Origin: Octopus vulgaris
Lineage: Eukaryota
NCBI GenBank assembly: GCA_951406725.2
Contig: OX597817.1
Span: 110,794,001 to 110,858,000, forward strand
Length of the DNA: 64,000 nucleotides
Reading direction: 5' to 3'
Of this stretch, positions 51,158-64,000 are shown piece after piece. The notes beneath the pieces were generated by a model. The model was not told the DNA's origin. It searched no databases and saw only the letters and a program-made list of their open reading frames with translations. A program made the position numbers and the translations under genes. Each line of letters begins with the position of its first letter. Within the stretch, counting starts at the first letter, position 1.

Positions 51158-51470
51158 TCATCATCGTCATTTAGCATCTATTTTCTATGCTAGCATGGGA
51201 TGGGTGGTTTTACTGGAGCTGGTAAGGCCAGGGCTGCATCAATCTCCATTATCTGTTCTGGCATGGTTTCTATGGCTGGATGCCCTTCATAATGCCAACC
51301 ACTTCTCAGTGTACTGGGTGCTTTTTAGGTGACAGCAGCATGAATGCTTTTTATGTGGATCCAGCACCAGTATCAATTCTGCTGTTGAAGATGGGTCTTT
51401 TTAAGTACAGCAATGCACCAGCTATCTTGGTCCTTAGTCAACTCCTTTATAAGACTCAGTTCTTGATGAA
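51158..51470 (-). mobile_element. RTE-type LINE 3' end including the last ORF codons
   Basis: Tail CATCATCGTCATTTAGCATC..GCTAGCATGGG and GGATGCCCTTC. The minus strand reads ELSLIKELTKDQDSWCIAVLKKTH, like the RTE C-terminal ..A.DR..WR motif. Confidence 0.7.
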
Positions 51471-52864
51471 TAATGCAAATGGGTGGTACATGTTGGATTA
51501 AAACAGTGGTGTAAGTTGTTTGTGGAGGGTTCCTAAAACAGAAATGAACATCTGGGCTATTGAAGATAGATGTAAGAATTTAACACCATACAGAAGAGCT
51601 GAGGCATAGTTGAGAAGATTGGAGATTAAACTGAATTGCAAATTTATCCAACCCCTGTCATGAAGGTAAAAACATAAAAAACATGATAAAAAATGTTAAA
51701 ACCTGTGCTATAAATACAGGTTCTGAGTTCAGAGCCAGTCATTTTCTTTACATATGTAGGGAGATATTTAAATGAAGGAACAAGCACTAAAAACAATTTG
51801 GGGTTGAACATAAAAACAGAAAACGTAGTTTGAATTTCGAAACTTATTTTAATAATCTAATCATATGATTTGATTATTTAATCTGTTAGTTATTATGAAA
51901 AACAAATTAACTTGTGCTTTTAAAAGAAAATTATCAAGAATCAATGAATTTAATCAAAGTTCAGTTGTATTCAGCCAGTGTTTGATTTTTGAAATAATAA
52001 ACTTTCAGTTATCTATCTTCTGAGATAGTTTTGTAGAAATAAGATTATACCATAAATTTATTTACTTTGGTCTAATAACAATAGGAATGTAGTGCCTTAT
52101 GTTCTGAATTGCTTGTTCAGTGATATCCTGGCAATTTTTTGCTATTGAACATATGGGGTTCTCCCCACACCGAACTATTCCTATATTTGTGTTTGTCTTT
52201 CTTTTCTTCAGCAGAATTGTTATTTTTATGAGTATGTGACATTTTCCATGAAGTTCACTTGCTGATTGCATGTTTGCATTTATGTTTCTTGATATGAGTA
52301 TAACACAAGTAGTGTTTTTTTTTTCTCTCTTTGTCATTTACAATATGTATGTCATCATGTGTGTATTTCATATTTTTTTGTTGTTGTTATTACTCGATAT
52401 TTACCCTGTGGTTTTTATTTCCCAGACAAGTTGACCTTTTGAAATTAAAAATGGTAATAATTCTACATTTATGTCAAGTCATGAAACCAACTTTTAACAA
52501 ATACTTTAAAAGAACTATTTTATGAAGAGTTGTCTGTTCAGCTTCAGAAGCATAATATTTGCCCAGTCTTTTCATGAAAGGTTTTCATCTGATACCCTGT
52601 TCTGATATTTCATTAAGTATTTTCTTTATTTCTTTGAGAAGTTAAAAATCACCCTGTAAACTTCTATTTTTGACTTCTCAAAGGGGTGGAGACAAAGAAA
52701 AATATGTTTAGTATGTGGGTAAGATTTTGGAAAGATTTATAGGCAGGTGTATTTTCTTTTTCTCAAAAATTAATTTAAAATTGTATATTTAGATGAAGGG
52801 GATCATTTCTTGCATTATCTGTTATAGCCATCAAATAGTACCATAAAACATATTAACAAAGAAA

Positions 52865-53058
52865 TATTGATTTCAAAGTTTGGCACAAGGCCAGCAATTT
52901 TGGAGGAGGAGTTACGTTGATTACATGGCTCTAGTTAGTACTCAACTGGTATTTATTTTATCAATCCTGAAAGGATAAAAGGCAAAATCAACCTTGGTGG
53001 AATTTTAACTCAGAATGTGCTAAGCATTTTGCCTGGCATGCTAACAATTCTGCCAACT
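52865..53058 (-). mobile_element. SINE A
   Basis: TTTCAAAGTTTGGCACAAGGCCAGCAA ... AAAGGATAAAAGGCAAAATCAACCTTGGTGGAATTTTAACTCAGAA ... GCTAACAATTCTGCCA. Confidence 0.8.
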
Positions 53059-53159
53059 GAGATATAGTGATAAAAACTGTTTTCAATGAACTTCCTTTTT
53101 CTAAAACAATTCATTTAATATTATATTAAAGTTCAAAAGTTCTTTCTTTTTCTTTAACT

Positions 53160-53395
53160 TTCATTTACTTGCTTCAGTCATTTGACTGTGGCTGTTATGG
53201 AGCACCACCTTGAAAGGTTTTAGTTGAACAAATCACACACATACACGGGCTTCTTTCAGTTTCTGTCTATAAAATTCACAAGGCTTTAGTTGACCCTAGG
53301 CTATTGTAGTAGACACTTGCCCTAGGTGCCACAAAGTGGGACTGAACCATGTGGTTGGAAAGCAAGCTTCTTACCACAGAGCCATGCCTGCACCT
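53160..53395 (-). mobile_element. SINE B (tail i) with internal deletion
   Basis: TTACTTGCTTCAGTCATTTGACTGTGGC ... GGGCTTCTTTCAGTTTCTGTCTA ... GTGGGACTGAACC ... CTTCTTACCACAGAGCCATGCCTGCACCT. Confidence 0.8.
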
Positions 53396-53895
53396 GTTAT
53401 GTTAAAAGATTTTTATGAAATCATATAGAGATCCTATGACGAAATAAGTTTAGGAGCTACAGGCTTAAAAAGTTTCAGTCTTTTAGAAGCTAGTGTCATT
53501 GGAGCAATGATAAAAGATATTTATCTCAACCTTTATGGAGATATGCAAGTATAAGTATCTAAATATACAGGAAATAGATTTGTTGGTGAATGTTCCAGGT
53601 GTTCAGTTAACTGGCTTATCTAATCATTGTATTGTAGTGCAATTAAACAAGTATTCCACAGACATTTGTACTCTTAGCTTAATCCTCTGCCTAAGTCAGT
53701 GTAGCACTGTGTGTGTGTGTGACATGGTCAAAGCTTTAAAATACAGATACATTCATTCCATCTGACTGGCTTCTACACAGTTTCTGTTTGTCCATTTTCA
53801 TTCACAAGGCTTGGGTTTCAGTCTGAAGCTGTTGCAAAAATTCCTTGCAGTGGGATTCAGCCTGGGAATCCACGATTGCAAAATGGACTTCAAAC

Positions 53896-54063
53896 CAGTG
53901 CTCTGCAATTGGTATGCTGCAGCACACTGGGATATCACGAGATGATGCTAGGTGTGTCGCAGTGTAACCTGAATATGCTTTTAATTATATTTTTAGTTCA
54001 GGTGTGCTGCCAAATTTTGAAAAGAATATAAGTGTACTGTAGGTCAAAAAAGGTTCTAAACTA
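53896..54063. mobile_element. Probable hAT-type MITE adjoining a SINE B head (53755-53895, minus)
   Basis: It starts CAGTGCTCTGCAA, has internal GGTGTG(T/C)(C/T)GC repeats, and ends AAAAAAGGTT... where the mariner begins. No clear TSD. Confidence 0.45.
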
Positions 54064-54622
54064 TTGGGTTGTCCGGAAAGTTCATGCCGATTTATAGTAG
54101 CTTACCTATTGACTTATTTTAGAACATGGTTGAGTCCATAAAATAGGATTTGACTACACCTCCATTTAGAGCACAGTTTAAGCTATCTTTTCGTGGAAGA
54201 AGGTTTATGTTCCTATAACCTGTGTTAATTCTGTAACCCTTTAAAACAGAAGATAAGAAAGTTCATTTTCGGCACTTGATGCTTTGGGAGCCAGACAAAA
54301 ATTGCTGCAGCTCAGCTGGGATGTGTTACCTCACCCTCCATATTCACTAGATATTGCTCCTTCGGATTTCCATTTATTCAGGTTTCTGCAGAATAGTCTT
54401 AATGGTAAAAATTTCAATTCCTTGGATGACGTATAAAGATACCTTGATGAATTCTTTACCATGAAACCACCTCAATTCTGAGAAGAGGGTATTTTTAGGA
54501 AAGATGGAGATACATTGTGCAACGAAATGGTTCATATTTGATTGATTAAAAATGTAATGGCAAGTATTTATTGACCCTTTTCTTTCCTTTAAAAATCGGC
54601 ATGAACTTTCTGGACAACCCAA
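54064..54622 (+). mobile_element. Internally deleted mariner transposon
   Basis: TA flanks and 30-bp TIRs (TTGGGTTGTCCGGAAAGTTCATGCCGATTT, one mismatch). The transposase N-terminus EDKKVHFRHLMLWE is fused to the C-terminal RQKLLQLSWDVLPHPPYSLDIAPSDFHLFRFLQN (YSPDLAPSD motif). In-frame stops. Confidence 0.95.
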
Positions 54623-57394
54623 TATTTATCTAAGCCTGTACAAAAAGTTGTACATATGACATTTGCAAAGCCTATAGCTATTCCCAATTGAAATTAACTT
54701 AAATACTCTCAGTATGAAGGATTCATCAGTTGCTTGTAAAATGAATTTTATTTCATTTACTTTGTACACTATTTGAAAAAGAAAATCCCTTCTTCAATAA
54801 AACAATTTATCTTTCTATAGCTACAGTATTATTAACTCATCTGTCTCCATTAACAATTTAAAAAGGAAACCCAAACATAATTAAATGGTCCAATGCTAAG
54901 ATGCCTCCCCAAGGTTTCTTCCACCCCTATTTTTCTTTTCATTTTTCTTCCCCACAGTATATTTTCTTCAGCTATTCCTGAACAGAATTTGGAACCAATC
55001 ACTAGATGCAATATTTGTAGTGCAATATGTACCTTAACTCTGAAACCAGTAACAAATTAGTAAATGAACTCTGCAGCTTTCTTGTGATTGTGTGTATGCA
55101 CGTGTGTTTATGTGTGTGTGTGTTAGGTAGTCCTTTTTTGCTCAAATCATTAAAGTGTGGCCATACTGGGGCATCACTTTCTGGGGTGTAGTTTCTTCCC
55201 ATCACAACTAGTCCTATTTTATTGACTCTGGAAATATAAAAACAAAGTCAATTTAGTCAGGATTTGAACTCAGAATCTGAAACAATGTAATCAAATACTA
55301 AAGGTATTTTTTTCTTTGATCTCACACTTCCACAACACAAACACACACACACACACAAATTGCTAAATGCCTGTGTTAACAAACTGGGCAAAGATAAAAA
55401 ATGAATACATAAACATATTTTATTCATTAAATTATTCAGTTATTCATTTAATTATATTAGAGATTTGGAAACAATTTCTCAGTCTTGTTCTTCAAAAATC
55501 TTTTAAAAGAAGTATCAGCACAAAAAAATCCTTTAAGCTTTGGAAATTGTCAGCAAGATTTACTTTCAGTGTGTCTTCTTCATTTCAAATATTTAACATC
55601 CTGTTAGCAATCATGGTACTGCTTGTTGCACGTCAATAAAAGAAAAAAATTCTCACATTTTATTAGTTACTCTTCTTTCTTTCCTTTTCTTTATTGTCTT
55701 TATTTTTCACTAATTGATTAACAAAATTTTTGGGGGTCTTTAATATTTATTTTTTCCAATTTTCTGCTTTAAATTTTATTTATTTATCATTATTATTTTT
55801 GTTATTTAAAAAAAATCACTTCTATTCTTCTGAAATGTTTTCTGGTTTCTTCCTAACAACTAATTCTTTCTCACCTCTACCTTTACCTCCACTTGCTGTT
55901 TTACCCATCCTGTTTGTGTGTGTCTATCTTGATATCTCTGTCTCTGCCTCATTGTTTTCACTTCTATATGTCTTCCAATAATTTTTATTACTTTTCCAAA
56001 TGAATCACATCCTTTTGACTCATTAGTTACAACTTGCCAGATAATTTTTCTAAAGCCAAGCCATAATTACTGTTCATCTTATTGTTCATCATTCATTATA
56101 TCATTTAGATTTTTATCATTGCTATTTTTTTTTGTCTTCTACGTAGACTCTGCTACTTTCTTACACTGTATCTTCACCACCTTACCATATTTTCCACTAA
56201 GTTCTCCCGCACTTTATTCCATTCTGTTGCACATACACTCCTATTCTCACACATACTCCTTTCACACTCTCAGACTCATACATGGGTAGAAATGAAAGTA
56301 TTTTTTTTTTTAATTGTTTATAAATTTTAGTTTCCAATAATTTTCTATCAAATTTAATTTGTTGATAAAATTAGCTCTGTTGTCTTGTTTAATTCTCTGA
56401 ACCTTGCCCAGTTATCAGCAATCTGGTTGTAAAGAAGAACAAGAAAACAACCCAAAACCTGAAATTGCTTCATTTATTTTGAGGTTTTTATTGTAGACAT
56501 TTCTTGTACAATTTAAAAATAAATAATAACTATCTGTTTCAGTCTAAAGGAAGCTAAGGTGTGGCTATTGAGAATTGGAAGATATTTGAATTTAGAAGTA
56601 GAATACTGTTTTATATGAATTTGGCATTGGTTTCTTTCAATATTTTAAGAAGTACAATATTTTCATTACACTCTCTATTAACTCATTTTACATTAATTAG
56701 AATAACTGTTACTAGGTACACTGAAAAAACAGTCCTTTTTTTTGTGTTTGTTGAACTATTTTCTAATCCATTAGGCATTGTGTGTCCTGTGTCCAGTTTC
56801 ACATTCACAGCATTATACATACTCACCATCTCTTACCCTTCAACAAATATGAGCGTTCAAAACATGTGAACTAGTGATTAATCATTATTTTTAGCATTCA
56901 TGTTTATTGCTATTTATTAATGAGTTCGTGGTTAATTAGCCACCATAAAATTTATTGATGATATTACTAATTATGTTTTTATGGAAGGAAATAAATTAAT
57001 GAGGAAGAAATATGTACAGCTATTTCATTAAAATATTAATAAAAACATAACACAGCAAAGGTATTCTTTAGTTATGAGTTCTATAAGGATGTTCCAGTAT
57101 GACCGTAATTAAATGGTTTAAATTGTCCAAAGAACTAAAGAAACTGTAAAAACAAATACCGCCTCATCTTTCCATAGAGTTTATTTATTTATTTATTATT
57201 TTATTGCATGCATTTTGTGAACACTGACGTTGTTGGTTATAAGTATCTAGCTGGTTACTCACTGGCTTACTGCATTTCTGATAGTATCATGAGTACAAAA
57301 CAGGCAGAATAGGTAGTTTCTCTTAAAAGCACTCATTTAACAATTTTCTTGTCAATGCTCACATTTTTGCTAATATATCCAAGTGAAAGATGTA

Positions 57395-57965
<571 letters not shown>

Positions 57966-57994
57966 ATACAAAATCTGACATACATACACACACA

Positions 57995-58162
57995 CGCGGC
58001 AGGCTTCCACACATTTTTCATCTACCAACCACATTTTACTTACAAGACATTGCTCAGTCTGAGACTATGGTAATAACCATTTTCCCAGGGTGCAATGTGG
58101 GTCAAAACTGGAACCATGTAGTTGCAAAATGAAATTCTTAATTACATAACCATGCCTGCCCC
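57995..58162 (-). mobile_element. SINE B head, inverted next to the preceding copy
   Basis: CATCTACCAA ... GAACCATGTAGTTG ... CCATGCCTGC is the reverse complement of the B head. Confidence 0.6.
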
Positions 58163-59324
58163 AAATTCATAAGGCTCACTGCTTGGTCCTGATTACCCTT
58201 CTATTGCAGGTAATCTGAGGAACCTGTATATTATTATTGTGCTCCAAATCATCTTTAATCCTGTAGGCATTCAATTCATGACTATATTATCTTTTTTTCT
58301 TGCATCATGTATCTAGAACATTATGCAAGTCCTTTGTTGAAGGTTCAATATGATGGTCATTTGATTAATATTTCTGGCTGGTTGAATACACCATGTAAAA
58401 TTTGAACTAGGTAGAATGAAATAACTTCTAAAACAACTGCAGTGGATATGAACTCAGATCCTACATTCAAACAGAATTAAATGGAAATTGCAGAAAAGAT
58501 AGTAGATTTTATAATACCAATTGTTTCTCTTTGTTGTAAATGGACAATATGGCACAAAGTAAATCAACTGCAGTAGCATTAAGAAAAGAAAGTTTTCAGT
58601 AATGATTTCTCAAAAATCATAAGGGAATGGAAATAGAATCTTGTTATGCTCATGTATTTTCCTAATTAAAGAGAGAAAGACCTTGAGCTCAGACCATTAG
58701 GAAACTATATCTACTTTGTAGTTAATTTTATCTCAGATTGCTTTTTTGGCCTTGTTCTGAAATAATTTTAAGACTGTTGTTGTTGTTTAGATCCTAATCA
58801 GTTAGTCCTTATTGAGCTGATCAATAATCAAATGCATTCGAACAGCGATCATCTTGTTTTTATTCCTGCAATAATGTATCCAGAACTATATTATCCTGGA
58901 TACTTCCCCTTCAGTTTTAAGACAGTGGTTTCTACTTCCAGCCAATTAAATGATATTGTAATGGTCCCTCTTTGACCCAATCTTCCCCTTTTGCCTCAAG
59001 CTCACCTTCTTAGCTTGAATTTTCAGGACCAAAGCTGAACCATTCAGTTTGGCCTGAATCACGATACTTTGATATTATATCTGAAGAATCTAAGTTTAGT
59101 TACTCATTTGAATCCAGTAGTACTTATGTGCTCACCCAAGAAAAAGGCATTGGTTGATCATTACAGATTAAACTGATTGAAATATTGCATGGCTGTAGTA
59201 AATTTTAAAACAGGGTTTCATTTCTAAAGATGAGATTAATTTGTTTGAATAATTATGAGGATGTCTTTATGACAGATATCCAAGGATGATTTGATAAAAT
59301 TGCTTTATCTTCAAATAAAGTGAC

Positions 59325-59845
59325 ATCATCATCATCATAGTTTAACGTCCGTTTTCCATGCTAGCATGGGTTGGACAGTTCGACTGGGGTCTGGGAAGCC
59401 AGGAGGCTGCACCAGGCTCCAGTCTGATCTGGTAGTGTTTCTACAGCTAGATGCCCTTCCTAACGCCAACCACTCCGTGAGTGTAGTGGGTGCTTTTTAT
59501 GTGCCACAGGCACAGGTGCCAGGGGAGGCTGGCAGTGGCCATGATCAGTTGGTGCTTTTTATGTGCCACTGGCATGTAAGCCAGTCAAGGTGGCGCTGGC
59601 AATGGCCATGTTTGGATGGTGCTTTTTACGTGCCACCGGCACAGGTATCACAACTACAATTTCCATTTGATTTTTATTTTGATGTTGATGTACTTGACCC
59701 AATAGGTTTCCTCAAGCACAGCAGGTCACCCTATGATCCAAGGTAAGCACAGCAGGCTGTCCTGTGATCCAAGGTACTTTTAATGGGCTAGGGCTGCTAT
59801 GTGAAGCTGGTGCAGGAACAGCCATGAACTCACGTTATTTGCAAC
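59325..59845 (-). mobile_element. RTE-type 3' end (family C), longer copy with three subrepeats and a 31-bp tandem duplication (59714-59775)
   Basis: CATCATCATCATAGTTTAACGTCCGTTTTCCATGCTAGCATGGGTTGG, GGTGCTTTTTA(T/C)GTGCCAC x3 and AAGCACAGCAGG....CCT.TGATCCAAGGT x2. Confidence 0.85.
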
Positions 59846-59924
59846 AAGAATTGTTAGAGGGGTAATTGTGCTTTTATATGTATAAAATGAGGAATATGAT
59901 GGGTTGAGGGAAACTCAGTACTCA

Positions 59925-60092
59925 GTCTACTTGAAATAGCAACCAAATGTCTTTTAGATTTAACCTCACTGATATTAAAAAAGAACACTGAATATTGTTG
60001 TCCAAGGTACATTATGCCTGAAAAGTAGGATACCTATGCTTTTAATCATAGGTCTGGTGGAAGTTGGTTACCCTGGAGCTAAACAAGAACAA
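59925..60092 (+). mobile_element. Degenerate SINE D
   Basis: TTGAAATAGCAACCAAAT ... ATCATAGGTCTG ... CCTGGAGCTAAACAAGAACAA. Confidence 0.6.
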
Positions 60093-60218
60093 TAGAAGAC
60101 AGCTAATGGTCATGAATTATTTGAGTTTTACACTACTTGATTCACTATCTTTGGATTCTCTGTCTTTGTGTTGTTAACCAATGCTGTCCAATGACTATTA
60201 TTATTATTACTACTCAGT

Positions 60219-60434
60219 AGGGCTGTGAGTTGGTAGAATTGTTAACATGCTGGGCAAAGTGCTTAGCAGCATTTCGTTTGTCTTTACATTCTGAGTTCAA
60301 ATTCTGCTGTGGCCAACTTGACCTTTCATCTTTTCACGATTGATAAGTACTGGTTGAGCACTGAGATCAATGTAATTGACTTACACCCTCCTCCAAACTT
60401 GCTGGCCTTGTGCCAAAATTTGAAACCATTATTA
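60219..60434 (+). mobile_element. Full-length SINE A
   Basis: GTGAGTTGGTAGAATTGTTAACATGCTGGGC ... GAGTTCAAATTCTG ... GGCCTTGTGCCAAAATTTGAAACCATTATT. The flanks share ATTATTACT. Confidence 0.85.
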
Positions 60435-62614
60435 CTCTTCAGTATTTTATGTATTCATGAAATGTAATTTAAACAAGAAAATAATTTTCTTTTCATCTCT
60501 AATCAAATACTATTAAGTTCCAAATGTTTTTTAAAATTTTTTTTTTTATTTTGCATTTTTAATGAGATTTTGCAAATTTCTTTCTCATAATCTTCCTGCT
60601 GTTATATATTGTATTAGTTTTGAATGTTTAATGGTTTTTCTAAGTATCCTGTTTTGTTCTAAATTCCTGTTTCTAACATTACTTTCTACATACGTAGTCT
60701 TAAGCATTTGTCTTTGATCAATAAAAATTGATCTTAGCTAATAATTACTATGAACCTAGGCAAGGAAAGTCCTGGAATAAATTCCTGAAAGTCGTTAAAC
60801 AGTTGGTCTTTAATTATATATTGATAGGTAAATATAAGAAGGACCATTTACTGCAGACGTTTGTCTACTCAATGCTAATTGTTGTATTTATTGATTTTTG
60901 GTTATTTTAAGGAAAATATGCTTGTGCACAATATTGGACTCCATTGATTTCTACTTGGGATCCGTCAACTTAAATATAGACCACAAATGATTTCTAACCA
61001 TATATTAGTTGTTATTTGTTACTGGCTAAACATTCATTCACTTAGAACTTCTCTTGTTGTTTGGTATATTTAGAGTAATGTTGGTCATATTAGTTTTCAG
61101 TATGTTTCCAATTACTGCAGTATATCACAAGTAGAATTGTTCTATAACTAGTGTCTGTATTGAAAGTATATATCATTAAACTTTTCATCATAGACATCAG
61201 TAAAGCAGTGTATTTTACATGCATGCAGGAATGCAAAACTGGAAGTCATACAATCATCTGATATTTAATATTTTTACATTCTCCTATTTTTTTTTACATT
61301 GTAGTGCTGTTTTTTTTTTAACCATTAGCCCTTTAGAATGAATACACATACACACATGAGAGAGAGAGCTATATGTGTGCATGTGAGTGTGTACGTAAGG
61401 TGCATATATATATAAACACTGCTGGTAACATATACCCTAGTACAACCAGTAACATAGCCTGCTTATTGGCAACTAAGTTGGAAACCCCACCAGTGTAATA
61501 AGTGATGAAGGTTCTAAGAAACCTGCACAATGAAAGCATGAACTATCAAAAAGACAGATAAATCCAGGGTAGTGTCAATGACTGACCATTTAATAATAAT
61601 TCATAAAAGAATCCTAGTAATAGGTAACACTTAAAAAAGCACTCTTTCCACCTCACAGGCCAAGTATTTACTACATAAGTAAATATTATTTTGGTATCTG
61701 GCATAGGTTAATCCATTGGTGGATAGCTGCTCTTTATTCTTGGCTGACAAACTAAGTAGGAGGTAAAAATTCATATAAAGAAACCTCAATATACACAGAT
61801 TTATTTAAAAGATTGATTTTATTATATTTTGTATTTTGAAATCTTAGATCCTTAAGTAAGTCAATTCAAGTATATTTAGAATTTCATTGGCTGTTTTAAA
61901 ATATTTCAAGCAAAAGTATTTAGGTAGATGAATTTTTTTTTCCTTCTTTTTTTAGTGGGTTAGTTGATAATAATACAGAGTTTATATGTTATTAAAAAGA
62001 ATATACTCATTTAACTTGTTGATTCATAACATTTTTAGATTCAAGAGACAAATATGATTATCATATAGAATTACTATTTCCTTCTGATTTTTAAGACTTA
62101 GATATCCAGATAAGATTTTAGAATTTTTTATGTTTATATATTTGTTTTGCAAAATTCCTATCTATGAAGGGTTGATTCAGCCCAGGGCAGAAATGCAGCA
62201 GGCAAAAAACTCTTTGTTGAGCAGTAGTGGGATCGTGCTTGTGAATAGTCATCAGCTGGCAGCCTGTTTAATACAACTAAACACCAATCTAATTTTAGAA
62301 TTATTTTTCTGAAATAGTAGCAAAAATAAATTAATTTATAACCTGTCTTTCATGATGCATGATATCGTTCTCTTATAATAATTATAAGGAAGCAGTTCAA
62401 GTTAGACTTGATTTCTGGATTCTTTAATAAATTCTCCAATTTTTTATTCATTTTTTTTTTGTGGTAATTCCACTATTTTGCTGTGAATCACTGAATGTTA
62501 ATATTAAGATATATTTGTGATCTCACACACATACATACATACACACACATGTGTGTGTTTGTGTGTGTGTGCATGTGTGTGTGTATTTGTATTTTTGTAT
62601 TATTTCATTTACAG

Positions 62615-62741
62615 AAATTCTTGTCTTCATTTTGTAACTTATTCTTTCTTTTTAATTTTTGTAGGTAAGTAACAAATCTCAGCAGATTATAGTATGGTTT
62701 TATTTTTCCATTTCATCTGTAATATCAAAGAAAAGGTATGT
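62615..62741 (+). promoter_or_regulatory. Candidate recursive splice site (AG|GTAAGT at 62664/62665) with a 71-nt cryptic RS-exon (62665-62735)
   Basis: 48-nt AG-free zone (62615-62662), branch-like TGTAAC (~62633-62638) and a T/C tract, then TAG directly followed by GTAAGT. Downstream donor AAG|GTATGT at 62735/62736. Confidence 0.5.
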
Positions 62742-63611
62742 GGTTTATTTCTCAATCCGGGATTACTTTTTCTATTGTTGTTTACAGTAATAAGAATGAA
62801 AAAAAGAGTATTCAGTATTGTTTTCTATGATTAATTGGAAGAGTTATTAGAATGAGTATTTTCATGAGGCTATCAAACTTTTATACATGTTTATAACTTG
62901 GAAGTTGACTGTCTAAGATGAGGAAGGCAGTGCTCATAATCTTTATCAGCACCTCCAAGACTGCTGTGAGAAAGAAGGAAGTTATCCTTTGATTGGAGAC
63001 CCCTGCCTGAATGCTTCCAAATGATTTTAAAATGTTGTAAAGATTAGTTATGGAATTTAATTTGAACAGATTCACACTTTTGTTATTTAATAAAAGATAG
63101 TTTTACAATGACTTATGGCAAACATCCTTATATCTGCAGACACATTTTATATGGATTTAACTACATTAGCATGACTAATGAGGAGGGATTTAATTGTTGC
63201 TGCTTTTATACAAAAAAAAAAACCCTGAAAATATTTATATATCACTAATAATAATGTTAATGTCAACTACAATGATTTAGAAGGTGAAATAATTTGTAGA
63301 AATTTGCAGCAAGCTTTACTTAAATTAAATTTGATACTTTATAAGTAGAAATCTAAGAAAGAAAAATATACACAGAAGTACCCACAGGAATTGGACTATA
63401 CATTACTGTGCTAACTTCTATAACAAAAGGACCTGGTACATTTTGTTCACTTAAATTAAGGCCCATAAAATACCACTGTAGGTGATTCTGTGCACTTTTA
63501 AAAAAAATCTGATATTGGTGCTCATAATGTGTCTGATTTAATTTGATACTTAATATAGGAAATCAGAATCATTTTACTTCATCTGCTGCTTTTATGGTAT
63601 ATCTTTTTATG

Positions 63612-63780
63612 CTGTTGCTGCTGTTTAAGCCCAGATCAGCAAACCTTTGATCAAAAGGATTTAAGTCATTGTCTTTTTGTAGGGCAACATTAATCAATGT
63701 ACATTTCTAAAATGATAGCATAATTTAAGGTAGATTTGGCTGCTGTTTCTAGCAGATCTAGTTACCACATTGAGTTGGCT
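63612..63780 (-). mobile_element. Degenerate SINE D
   Basis: GTTTAAGCCCAGATCAGC..CCTTTGATCAAA ... AGATTTGGCTGCTGTTTCTAGCAG ... GTTGGCT. Confidence 0.65.
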
Positions 63781-64000
63781 AATATTATTTTGTCTGTATT
63801 TTTATATGTGGTGAAATAGATGAAGTCCTCATTAATTTAAAGGATTGATCAATATCTCTTTCAAAGGAGTGATAGTCAACTGGTAAAATTGAATAAAATA
63901 TAGACAGATGTATTGTTGTGGAGTAATGGAAGATAGTGATGGGTTAGGTGAAAAGTTTTGATTGGCTCCAAGTCTAGCATTTGAGTTAAAAAATTGTAGT

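Noticed and set aside
58190-58216. Other AG|GT juxtapositions (58209 CAG|GTAATC, 1073 CAG|GTAATA, 9501 TAG|GTGAGG)
   Set aside because: They have weaker donors or pyrimidine tracts than 62665 and no convincing downstream RS-exon donor.
59366-59746. 126-aa ORF, and similar ORFs at 13804-14115 and 46091-46321 (LDALPNANH)
   Set aside because: These are antisense readings of the multicopy RTE-type 3' UTR. Their similarity reflects the repeat, not a gene family.
62881-63075. Minus-strand ORF with GV..Q....FFLTAVLEVL, vaguely like an RT QG motif
   Set aside because: A single degenerate motif with no neighbouring RT motifs found.

Overview
This is AT-rich, CpG-depleted, microsatellite-rich eukaryotic DNA. 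The SINE and LINE families look like those of Octopus or another coleoid cephalopod; I recognised them from memory, with no search run. No intact protein-coding gene, tRNA, rRNA or CRISPR array can be supported, and nearly all listed ORFs are microsatellite or repeat read-throughs. The window looks like a very long intron or intergenic region filled with transposon debris. It holds three dispersed SINE-like families (my labels: A, Nin/Deu-domain; B, tRNA-like head plus central microsatellite plus two alternative tails; D, with a (CAA)n tail). It also holds RTE-type 3' ends (label C), two inverted CR1/L2-type LINE 3' fragments, an old LINE reverse-transcriptase fossil, an internally deleted mariner, and mariner-, pogo-, piggyBac- and hAT-type MITEs, often nested. 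The most interesting non-repeat signals concern splicing: a canonical-looking recursive splice site (TAG|GTAAGT, 62664/62665) with a 71-nt cryptic RS-exon, and compact microexon-like cassettes (20 nt and 8 nt on the minus strand). These are hypotheses that need RNA-seq. I cannot demonstrate a wholly new biological system from the sequence alone. Boundaries of degenerate repeats are approximate.
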